Part shown: positions 38,594 to 46,462 of the stretch, piece by piece
How the letters are laid out: each line of letters starts with the position of its first letter
How positions within the stretch are numbered: the first letter of the stretch is position 1
Virus record (IMG/VR): IMGVR_UViG_3300042888_002665
DNA length: 64,000 nt
Direction: 5' to 3' (one strand)
From: a virus
The notes under the pieces: generated by a model
The model's input: only the letters and a program-made list of their open reading frames with translations
Told to the model about the DNA's origin: nothing
Database searches by the model: none
Made by a program: the position numbers and the translations under genes

Positions 38594-39180
38594 TAACTAT
38601 TTAATTTAGCACGGGATTCTTCTATGTCTTTCATTACTTGTTCGCGTATTTTCTGTTTATCTAAAGCTTTTACATGCCAATCTTCAATATCACCTTGTTC
38701 AGTTACGAATCCATTATTTGAACTCATCGAATCTAAAAATGAATCAAATCCATTTACAAATTCATCTAATGCAAAATTAGCATTTGCTTTAACAATTTTA
38801 TCTTCGTATTCTTGATATTTACCATCTATTTTAAGTTGTGATTCCATTTTAATTACACAATCAAAACAAGTTTTATGAAGTATAAACATTTTTTTATCAT
38901 ATTCAGTTTTCATAGGTTTTGAACATGATGGGCATAATAATGGAGTAAATACAGCTTTTTTAGCTCTATCTAATTTAGTAACGCTCATTTTAATGCCGTT
39001 TCTTAATGTCCATTTTCTACCAAACTCCTCCCAAACATCACCTTCATTTCGGTCGATTTGTTTAGTAGTATATCCTACTTGTGTTTGAGTAGCTTCACCT
39101 TGCTTGCCCGACAGTAGATTACGAATACGTTGTACGTCTCGTTTTTGGAATTCTTTTTTTAATAACGTTTCTCTTGACAT
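38593..39180 (-). CDS. Zn-finger-containing hypothetical protein
   Basis: CPSC...H..CFDC; the GD.W.E.G..W...NG motif precedes it. Confidence 0.6.
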   Translation of the reverse strand: MSRETLLKKEFQKRDVQRIRNLLSGKQGEATQTQVGYTTKQIDRNEGDVWEEFGRKWTLRNGIKMSVTKLDRAKKAVFTPLLCPSCSKPMKTEYDKKMFILHKTCFDCVIKMESQLKIDGKYQEYEDKIVKANANFALDEFVNGFDSFLDSMSSNNGFVTEQGDIEDWHVKALDKQKIREQVMKDIEESRAKLNS

Positions 39181-39181
39181 A

Positions 39182-40417
39182 TTATAACCCTAATTTTTGT
39201 AGTTGTTTTATTGTTGATTCTGTAGATGTATGGCGAATACCAATTCCACCTGCATCTATCCATTGTTGGATATTATCTTTTCTATCATCAATTAATATAG
39301 CATTTGGTTCTGCTAAATCTTTTTTATCTTTTGCTTGTTTAAATATAACTGGAGTAGAAGGTAAATTATTATTTATCCATTCTTGTTTACCTATTTCTGA
39401 TGATTGTTCACGTGATGGAGCAGTTAATAATTTAGGATTATATTGTTTAATGTAATCCCATAATTGTTGTCCATCAGACATCCAATTTAACTCAGCCCAA
39501 AATTTAGCACCTGCTTTAGTAATTGCAGACCAAAAATCATTTTTATCGTATGTTGAATCAACACCCGGTGTTTGCTTGCCTGTTAAATCATTATACCCAC
39601 GTTCAAAATCAACTAGTACCCCATCCATATCACAATATACTTTATATTGTTGTTCGCCTTCAGCTAACATCGCAATTTTAGATTTAGCTGAATCTAGTGT
39701 ATCAGTTTGGGGAATTTGTTTAACTAATAAAATTATATCTTGATTTAATTGTTCAGCATCTGCTTTAGCTTTAGCTTGTTCTTCTGGTGTTTTAGGTTTG
39801 CTAGTGAATTTAGCTGTATCAAAGTATAATTTTTTAACTTCAGCGGGATCAAATGTTTTATTAGCATCTTCAGGATCGTTATTAATTAATATAAAACGAT
39901 CACCAAATTCTTGACGATATATCTCAATGTTTTTGTTTGTATCTCTCCAAGTACGTAACACAATTTGAGGTAGTAATGAACGTTCGCGTTCAGCATTACG
40001 CTTTAAAGATGTCATAGGTGAAACATATAACATTAACATCATTGTATCGTATCCTAATGCTTCTAATTCTGCTTTCTTTTTGAATAGCGGTTTAGAGGCA
40101 GCACCAGTACCATCAATAATAACGTTATTTAATCCTTCAAGCGCTTTAGCATATTTTTCTTTAGTAGCTCCTTGAGCTTGGCCCATTAATTTAGCTGCTT
40201 GAGATAATTCTTCAGGACCAAAATCTTTTAAATTAGTACCTAAACCAGATGATTTAAGTAATTCTTCGTATGTATCGTCTACATTTATTACTTGATATTT
40301 TTCAACTGGAAGTAATTGTTTTAATGTATAAGTTTTACCTGAGCCAGCAGGACCAGCTAAAAATATTGCTTTAGGTTTACCAGTTATTTCTTGTAGTATA
40401 TCAAATAATTTTATCAT
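39182..40417 (-). CDS. Fusion: zeta-toxin/AAA_33-like P-loop kinase + HAD 5'(3')-deoxyribonucleotidase (NT5C-like)
   Basis: N-terminal AIFLAGPAGSGKT...IN.DD...IIDGTG...RN..R.R. C-terminal VYCDMDGVLVDF...LTAP...LIDDR..NI..W...GG.GI.H. Confidence 0.85.
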   Translation of the reverse strand: MIKLFDILQEITGKPKAIFLAGPAGSGKTYTLKQLLPVEKYQVINVDDTYEELLKSSGLGTNLKDFGPEELSQAAKLMGQAQGATKEKYAKALEGLNNVIIDGTGAASKPLFKKKAELEALGYDTMMLMLYVSPMTSLKRNAERERSLLPQIVLRTWRDTNKNIEIYRQEFGDRFILINNDPEDANKTFDPAEVKKLYFDTAKFTSKPKTPEEQAKAKADAEQLNQDIILLVKQIPQTDTLDSAKSKIAMLAEGEQQYKVYCDMDGVLVDFERGYNDLTGKQTPGVDSTYDKNDFWSAITKAGAKFWAELNWMSDGQQLWDYIKQYNPKLLTAPSREQSSEIGKQEWINNNLPSTPVIFKQAKDKKDLAEPNAILIDDRKDNIQQWIDAGGIGIRHTSTESTIKQLQKLGL

Positions 40418-41289
40418 TTTACTATAAACATTTCAGGTCGCATTTGAGCGAAGTTTCTCATCATTATAGCGGCAGCAGCATTAGCCTCATTTTCATGTGG
40501 ATGGCCTGTTTTGCCGGATTCTGGTGTTAATCTATTTTGTATATCTTGTTTAAAATGAACTAATTCATGTGCTAATGTTCTAAAAACATCGGCTTGATGG
40601 CGATTAGCTACACTTAATTCAATACTTTTATTATTTGGATCATATCCACCAAATGAACGTCTTGATTCTGCTGTTGTTGGATCATATGACATTTTTAATG
40701 GAGGTAATGATTTTAATTTTAAATATTCTTTACAATATCCAACAAATTCTTTCAATAACGGGAATTGATTCTCATATAATGATTCATGTATTGGTTCTTC
40801 ATTGTTATTATAAACGCTACCGTATGCATCAAAGAATTTTTGTGTTGTAATACCAGCAGGTAAAAAATTAGCTATTTGTTTTACATTACGTGCTTGAATA
40901 GCATCTCTAAAGTCAGTTGCTGATGTATTTTCAAAATTACCAGCGTCAAATACCTCAACTTTAGGATTGTCAGCTAATGAAGCAAAACGTGAACTTTCTT
41001 CTTTACCGAATACAACTACAAAATCTTGATCAGGATTATTTTTGATTGAAGATAATGTATAATATACAGGAGAGCCTTCGGATGGTATAACTTTAACTTT
41101 AGGACCTAATATATTAGTATATAATTCCCAAACCTTTAATGATTGTTCTAATGATACCCCACCACGTTCTTTAGAGGAAACGGCAACTACCACCTCAGAA
41201 ATATCATCTCTATCAACTAATAATTTGACTACTTGGAAATGACCTTTGTGAGGTGGTTTAAACGCGCCGGGATAAATTGCTATCTTCAT
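40414..41289 (-). CDS. Fusion: HIGH-family nucleotidyltransferase (cytidyltransferase-like) + zincin-like HExxH domain
   Basis: IAIYPGAFKPPHKGH (HxGH) and SAT.FR, then RTLAHELVH.KQ...E.EANA.A. Confidence 0.82.
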   Translation of the reverse strand: MKIAIYPGAFKPPHKGHFQVVKLLVDRDDISEVVVAVSSKERGGVSLEQSLKVWELYTNILGPKVKVIPSEGSPVYYTLSSIKNNPDQDFVVVFGKEESSRFASLADNPKVEVFDAGNFENTSATDFRDAIQARNVKQIANFLPAGITTQKFFDAYGSVYNNNEEPIHESLYENQFPLLKEFVGYCKEYLKLKSLPPLKMSYDPTTAESRRSFGGYDPNNKSIELSVANRHQADVFRTLAHELVHFKQDIQNRLTPESGKTGHPHENEANAAAAIMMRNFAQMRPEMFIVK

Positions 41290-41314
41290 TAATTAATATA
41301 CAGTATAATATACT

Positions 41315-41323
41315 AATAAATAT
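41315..41323 (-). promoter_or_regulatory. ATATTTATT putative late promoter
   Basis: Upstream of the nucleotidyltransferase ATG 41289. Confidence 0.55.
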
Positions 41324-42114
41324 TAATTTTCTGTCTCTAGCTTAACTGATGTAGGTAATGTTTCAGTATATGGGGATGCATTTGGATTTTCTAATTTATA
41401 TATGTCTTGAATTTTAGTAAACATAGTAAAATTCTTTTCGATTTCATCTACAATTTTAACTTGCCATCCTTTACCTTGCATCTGACCTTCTTTACCTTCT
41501 TTATGTGTTTTAGCTTTTAACCAAATAATACCAGTACGTGTAACTGCTTCAGTATGAGTTTCATTCCAAGCCTGCGCATAGGCCGCGAGTTGTAAATCAT
41601 ATGATGTATGTAGTGAATTTGATGTTTTAATGTCTAATAACCAAAGTTCCCCGTTGATTCTCACAATCAAATCGGCCGTACCAGCATACTCATATTGGTC
41701 AGAAAATAAATGATATTCTTTAGATACTAATTCTGGTTTTACTTGATTCCAGAAATCAGCAAATCGTAAAATCATTTTCCAAACATCTAATTGATATTTA
41801 GCATTTCCGTATTCATCAATCCAAGTAATTTCATTTCCACCTAAGAAATCTTCAATTGCATTGTGTACTTGTGTTCCCTCATTAGCTGCTTTACGCATTA
41901 TAATATCTGAATTATGTCCAACGTCTTTTAGCCATGAATGGAAAAAACCATTCTTAGGAAAGAAATTTAATATGGATGTAACAGATGGATAGTACTTTTC
42001 GCTACGTCTGTAGAAACGACTATCTAAAATGTTTACTTGTTTTGAATTTTCTGTGTATTCAACAATCCGTTTAATGTTTGGATCTTTGATTACATTTGAG
42101 TTTTGCTCAATCAT
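41323..42114 (-). CDS. PD-(D/E)xK exonuclease (lambda-exo/Cas4-like)
   Basis: YPSVTSIL, GT.VH..IE, E..L.S....YAGT.D, LDIKTS and QLAAY motifs. Confidence 0.88.
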   Translation of the reverse strand: MIEQNSNVIKDPNIKRIVEYTENSKQVNILDSRFYRRSEKYYPSVTSILNFFPKNGFFHSWLKDVGHNSDIIMRKAANEGTQVHNAIEDFLGGNEITWIDEYGNAKYQLDVWKMILRFADFWNQVKPELVSKEYHLFSDQYEYAGTADLIVRINGELWLLDIKTSNSLHTSYDLQLAAYAQAWNETHTEAVTRTGIIWLKAKTHKEGKEGQMQGKGWQVKIVDEIEKNFTMFTKIQDIYKLENPNASPYTETLPTSVKLETEN

Positions 42115-43052
42115 GCGATTTTTAGTTTTATACCCATTATTTTTTCAAATGTTAGTGGATATGTGTTTTCAATTATATTTAAGAAATTCTTAAATCCGAT
42201 TTCATTTGCATCCTTACCGTCCATTTCAACTAAGTAAACTTCTTTACCATAGTTCATCAATGTTTGACAGTGTTGTAATGCTTCACGTTGTGCGTCTTTA
42301 TCTAAAGCAACGTATACTTTTTCTACATCTGAAGTAACTAATCGTTTCATTAGTGCCTCAGAGAGTACTTTACCAAATAATGGAATAACATTTCGTTGTA
42401 TTGTTAATGCATCAAACATACCTTCAACTAATACTACTGGTGCATCCCAATTTATAAAATATTCTAATCCAATTATGTTTTTATTCTGTACTGATGGATT
42501 CTTGTATTTACGAGGTGAATCTTGATCAAATGAGCGAGCAATAAAATAATTTAATTGTCCGTCTGAGTCATATGATGGTATGATTACTCGTCCATTATAT
42601 TCGCCTTCAGTACAGAATCCGATATTATATTTTTTAATGTGATTGTCTGTGATATCTCGTTTATGAAGAAAATGTAATGCTTGTTTAGCATATATTTGGT
42701 CCATTTTAGATAATGGAGTAACGTCAATCAGCGTTTTGAATTCCTTAGGTAATGTTATTTGATTGTAAACAATTTCTTGGCGTTTACCAGGTACAATAAT
42801 AACGTCTAGCTGCTCTACTTTAGAACGATCGACTTTCATTGCTTTAAATAATGAGTGAATTGATTTACCTTTAGTATTACAAACCCAACAATGCCAAGGA
42901 TTTTCTTTCTTCTCGTTAGTAGCTACATTAACTTCTAATTTCGGCTTATGGTGCTTACAGAATGGGCAGTGAAACGAATGATTGCCTCGAGATGTAGGTT
43001 TAGATTTACCTAACACATTTTCCAATAAGTTTATCAAAACTAGATTTTCCAT
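42111..43052 (-). CDS. DNA primase (Zn finger + TOPRIM)
   Basis: CPFCKH...CWVC zinc finger, VEGMFDAL TOPRIM and LDKDA...MDGKDANE motifs. Confidence 0.93.
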   Translation of the reverse strand: MENLVLINLLENVLGKSKPTSRGNHSFHCPFCKHHKPKLEVNVATNEKKENPWHCWVCNTKGKSIHSLFKAMKVDRSKVEQLDVIIVPGKRQEIVYNQITLPKEFKTLIDVTPLSKMDQIYAKQALHFLHKRDITDNHIKKYNIGFCTEGEYNGRVIIPSYDSDGQLNYFIARSFDQDSPRKYKNPSVQNKNIIGLEYFINWDAPVVLVEGMFDALTIQRNVIPLFGKVLSEALMKRLVTSDVEKVYVALDKDAQREALQHCQTLMNYGKEVYLVEMDGKDANEIGFKNFLNIIENTYPLTFEKIMGIKLKIA

Positions 43053-43061
43053 ACTATAACA

Positions 43062-43073
43062 ATAATTAGGAAA
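43062..43073 (-). promoter_or_regulatory. TTTCCTAATTAT motif upstream of primase
   Basis: Exact copy 9 nt upstream of ATG 43052. Confidence 0.5.
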
Positions 43074-43078
43074 TAATA

Positions 43079-43525
43079 CTATATCAAATCCTTACGGAAG
43101 AATTTACCAGCTATGTTATCATTATATGAACTAACTTCTAACACGTCATAATGAAATTGTGCCTTTAATTCAAGATATGTTAATTGCTTTTTACCTTTAG
43201 CTAGATATATAATTTCACGACGAAATTTATCTTTTCCAAATAATTTAATATCTGCTGCTAGTTCTTTAGATGAACCGTAGTACGTCTTCCAATCAGATTC
43301 TATGTGTAGTATTTCATGGGTGGATTTTCTACCACGAGTAACTGGCTGCTCGTCTAGTTGCTTTTTAGTTAGCTTATGTTTTCTATTATGGTATAGTGAT
43401 TTTTTACCAATATAAGCTTTATTAGTGTCTATATGAGTAATTTTATAAACAAAACCAAACGTACCTTCAGGAAATTGATCTACAGATTCAATTTGTTTTT
43501 TAAATAATAACCAATTAGGAGTCAT
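43079..43525 (-). CDS. GIY-YIG domain protein (Seg/NrdA.1-like)
   Basis: GFVYKIT......AYIGKK...W..YYGSS...F.REI...ELK.Q...YNDNI motifs. Confidence 0.8.
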   Translation of the reverse strand: MTPNWLLFKKQIESVDQFPEGTFGFVYKITHIDTNKAYIGKKSLYHNRKHKLTKKQLDEQPVTRGRKSTHEILHIESDWKTYYGSSKELAADIKLFGKDKFRREIIYLAKGKKQLTYLELKAQFHYDVLEVSSYNDNIAGKFFRKDLI

Positions 43526-43826
43526 AACGTATTAGGAAGGTCATGTCTGTTTCTAATGATATAGGAACAGGCTGACCGAATTTTGCAACCATTAATAATT
43601 CATCATTATCGTTATATAATCCAAGTGCAGTAGCATATGGTTGAAAATCAGAACCAGTAGCAAAACTCATTATTTCTGAGTATGCGTTTGATGATGTTTG
43701 GCGTAAACTTGGATTGTAAGTAGTATTAAATTCATTTTCATTCACATGAGCAGTAATATAATTTTCATATACTGTATGTTCATTGGTAAATGATAATTTA
43801 AAATTATTTATATTAACTATATTCAT
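43515..43826 (-). CDS. C-terminal half of a split baseplate wedge-like protein
   Basis: EFN.T.NPS...PY.T.LGLYND.DELLMVAK..QP matches the C-terminus of the paralog at 46463..47455 (DFN.TTNPS...TYVT.VGMYNDSNELLGVAKLSRP). Confidence 0.7.
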   Translation of the reverse strand: MNIVNINNFKLSFTNEHTVYENYITAHVNENEFNTTYNPSLRQTSSNAYSEIMSFATGSDFQPYATALGLYNDNDELLMVAKFGQPVPISLETDMTFLIRYDS

Positions 43827-43833
43827 ATCTATA

Positions 43834-45126
43834 TTATACTACGTCGTTTCCACTTTCACAACTACAAGCTCCTTCATCACCATATATTGCTGTTAATCCA
43901 CCAATAACATATATTTCTTCTAATACAACAAAACAATCTCCTGGGTAGCTTCTAAATGTTTGAGCAGTGGTTAATGTAGGGGTATAAAATCCATCTTGAC
44001 TAGTACCACATAATCTAAGGCGTTTCCCAACTGCTGCTTGAGGTGGTGTTGATGGAGTAGGAGCAGCACCACAAGATACATTAGCATTCCACGCATCTCC
44101 GATTCCATTACCAGGTCCTACATCTACTATAAGTTCATAATCTCCACCTTGATAAGTGGCGGATAAAGTACCTGAACCACCATTATTAAGACTTGATCCC
44201 CAAGGACCTTCATAATTAGCAAATCCAAGCCAATCAGTAAATGATATTCCTCCTCCATTTCTACGAAGAGCAAATTTATTAGGTCTGTCTTGAGCTTGTA
44301 CTGAAATAATAATAGTATCACCTATTGTTCTAGATGAAAAGTTTAAACATTTAGTTTGTGTTGTAAATGTATCATAAGGCCAAGAATCACTTAATGCCGA
44401 ACCACACCCGTTAGGACATGGTGTTGGGGTTGGAGTTGGTGTTAATGTATTGGTAGGTGTTGGGGTAGGAGTAGGAGTTGGAGTAGGAGTTGGAGTAACT
44501 GGTGGATTTGAGGCTCCACAAGTACAATCAACATAACTAGTATTAATAGTCCGAGGAGATACACCTTCTCCTATTGATTGTACTCTCCAACATCCTTCAA
44601 ATCCGGCATCTGAAAGTGATACATAACTATTTACTGATAGTGTTCCTACTGTAGAAGATTTATTAGCTGTTGTTGTTGTTACTGTATCAGCACACGCACT
44701 TTGTTGTACTAAGTTATATAATGTAGGAAGTGGTGTTGGAGTTGGGGTAGCAGTAGCTCCGGGAACTGGTGTTGGAGTAGGAACTGCAGGAACTGGTGTG
44801 TTAGTAGGAGTTGCTGTTGGTGGAGGAGTTGGAGTAGGTGTAGGGGTTGGTGTAGGTGTAGGTGTAGGTGTTGGTAGTGGTGTTGGGAGTGAAAATGTAT
44901 GGACCCAAGTAGTATTACTACTATATATGCCGTTTCCATTAAATGATTTTATATATCCTTCATAATTAACACCTGTTTGTAGTCCTCCAATAGCAACATT
45001 AGTTTCAGAAGTAACAGGAAGTTCTTTATACACATCAGCAGATCCACTTACTCTATACCCAACAACATATCCTTGAATAGGTTCAAGCGTTAAAGGAACA
45101 TTCCACGAAACTGATATTGAAATCAT
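43834..45126 (-). CDS. FN3-like + Pro/Thr-linker + Cys-module surface protein
   Basis: N-terminal SVSW.....GY.VGYR...GL..G..YEG.IKS (FN3-like), three PT-rich linkers and Cys-containing beta modules. Confidence 0.7.
   Translation of the reverse strand: MISISVSWNVPLTLEPIQGYVVGYRVSGSADVYKELPVTSETNVAIGGLQTGVNYEGYIKSFNGNGIYSSNTTWVHTFSLPTPLPTPTPTPTPTPTPTPTPPPTATPTNTPVPAVPTPTPVPGATATPTPTPLPTLYNLVQQSACADTVTTTTANKSSTVGTLSVNSYVSLSDAGFEGCWRVQSIGEGVSPRTINTSYVDCTCGASNPPVTPTPTPTPTPTPTPTNTLTPTPTPTPCPNGCGSALSDSWPYDTFTTQTKCLNFSSRTIGDTIIISVQAQDRPNKFALRRNGGGISFTDWLGFANYEGPWGSSLNNGGSGTLSATYQGGDYELIVDVGPGNGIGDAWNANVSCGAAPTPSTPPQAAVGKRLRLCGTSQDGFYTPTLTTAQTFRSYPGDCFVVLEEIYVIGGLTAIYGDEGACSCESGNDVV
44420..44505 (-). 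repeat. Pro-Thr codon repeat
   Basis: Encodes PPVTPTPTPTPTPTPTPTNTLTPTPTPTP; 6-nt periodicity. Confidence 0.9.
44723..44890 (-). repeat. Pro-Thr codon repeat
   Basis: Encodes LPTPLPTPTPTPTPTPTPTPTPPPTATPTNTP...PTPLPT. Confidence 0.9.
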
Positions 45127-45140
45127 ATTATTTTATTTTA

Positions 45141-45149
45141 TATAAATAT
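45141..45149 (-). promoter_or_regulatory. ATATTTATA putative late promoter
   Basis: Upstream of the FN3/PT gene ATG 45126. Confidence 0.6.
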
Positions 45150-46447
45150 TAAGGTGCAGGACACTCATGATACCAAGAAAGAGAATCACTTACTAATCCA
45201 TTTCCACTAAATGATTTTATATATCCTTCATACTTTACTCCGTATGTTATTCCTGTTATTTGTATATCATAGAATGTAGATGTGCTGAATTCAGTATGTG
45301 TTCTTCTAGATCCGGCTCTTCTATATCCTATAATATATCCATTTGTAGGAGTAAAAGGTTCAGGCTGCTTGAATGTTATTGATAAAGCATTTGGATATGA
45401 ACAACGAACACTTACATTAGTTGGGGGTTCAGGTATTACTTCATTAATAGTAACTATACTAGCACTTATTGGTGGATTTGGTTGAGTTACAGATACAACG
45501 TATAATGTTGGAGTTGGAGTAGGTGTTGGTGTTGGGCTAGGAGTTGGGGTAGGAGCACTATAGTCATTATAGATAGAGGCAGTGATTGGGGATGTATTAC
45601 TTATTAAATACGACCCACTATATATACTTCCAGTAAATGAACTACTTACATTATATAATGTATAATAAGTTCCAACTGCCGTTTCAGTTAAAATTAATGA
45701 TCCACTTCCATCCACACTAAAAGAACTAGTGTTATCTATTGTTATAGAGCCTGTTAATAATAAGCCTCCTCTTCCATTAACATTAGATATAATATTAATA
45801 GATTTTGTAGCACTACTTGTAGGAAATGTAGTTACAATCTTGGATGAGAGGGGGGTGAGTGGGAAAATTGTTTGATATTCTTGATCAGTTATAATAGCTA
45901 ATCCATGAGAATAAAATATATTACCAACATGAGAACTAGAATTCTTAAAATCAATTAGATTTCCAATACCATCATCTTTTATAAAATAAGCAGATGATGA
46001 TAATTCAAAAGCATACGGTAATATTTGTTGGCCGTATAAATCTTTATTTATTGATATTACTCTAATTCCTTCATTTGCTCCTGTAGGGAATAGTTTAATT
46101 AATGATTGATTATTATTGTAATCAAAATTAGATCCTGTAAGTTTATTAGATGAAGCACCATCATAATATAAAGAAGCAATTAAAGAACTACTATCTAATG
46201 TATTATTACTTGATGAATTTTGCTGATAAAATAAATGATTTATCTGGGAGTATAATAGTCTTTCATATTTACCCTCAGTAATTGGATCAGTATCTAATGA
46301 AAAGGAACCAGTTAAGTTGGTCCCTTTATAGATTTTTATATATTGATCATTACTCGGATAAAGATCATAATTAAAAATCCATCTTTTATTAGCTACATAC
46401 GGTACAGATATTACATCTGATCTTTTTAACCTTTTAAATGAAGCCAT
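45149..46447 (-). CDS. N-terminal half of a baseplate wedge-like protein fused to PT linker + FN3-like domain
   Basis: IRVISI...YG.QILP..F.L...IKDDG.GNL...VGNIFYSHGLAII parallels the 46463..47455 paralog, then diverges into PT and FN3. Confidence 0.7.
   Translation of the reverse strand: MASFKRLKRSDVISVPYVANKRWIFNYDLYPSNDQYIKIYKGTNLTGSFSLDTDPITEGKYERLLYSQINHLFYQQNSSSNNTLDSSSLIASLYYDGASSNKLTGSNFDYNNNQSLIKLFPTGANEGIRVISINKDLYGQQILPYAFELSSSAYFIKDDGIGNLIDFKNSSSHVGNIFYSHGLAIITDQEYQTIFPLTPLSSKIVTTFPTSSATKSINIISNVNGRGGLLLTGSITIDNTSSFSVDGSGSLILTETAVGTYYTLYNVSSSFTGSIYSGSYLISNTSPITASIYNDYSAPTPTPSPTPTPTPTPTLYVVSVTQPNPPISASIVTINEVIPEPPTNVSVRCSYPNALSITFKQPEPFTPTNGYIIGYRRAGSRRTHTEFSTSTFYDIQITGITYGVKYEGYIKSFSGNGLVSDSLSWYHECPAP
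45506..45556 (-). repeat. Pro-Thr codon repeat
   Basis: Encodes APTPTPSPTPTPTPTPT in 45149..46447. Confidence 0.9.
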
Positions 46448-46462
46448 TTATATTGATTGATT

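Noticed and set aside
31790-41289. Complete NAD reconstitution pathway (NARP1/NARP2)
   Set aside because: Only a HIGH nucleotidyltransferase and kinases are present. No Nampt or PRPP-synthetase-like (Adps) gene is visible in the window, so the pathway cannot be called.
41323-42114. Cas4-like nuclease as a sign of a CRISPR system
   Set aside because: There is no array or other cas gene. It is coupled to primase and fits a stand-alone phage PD-(D/E)xK exonuclease.
43079-43525. GIY-YIG gene as a mobile intron or intein-associated homing element
   Set aside because: It is free-standing, interrupts no gene, has no flanking group I intron structure and no DNA-binding C-terminal extension.
44420-45556. 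Short tandem repeats that could be mistaken for a CRISPR array
   Set aside because: They have 6-nt codon periodicity encoding Pro-Thr inside ORFs, with no constant repeat plus unique spacer structure.
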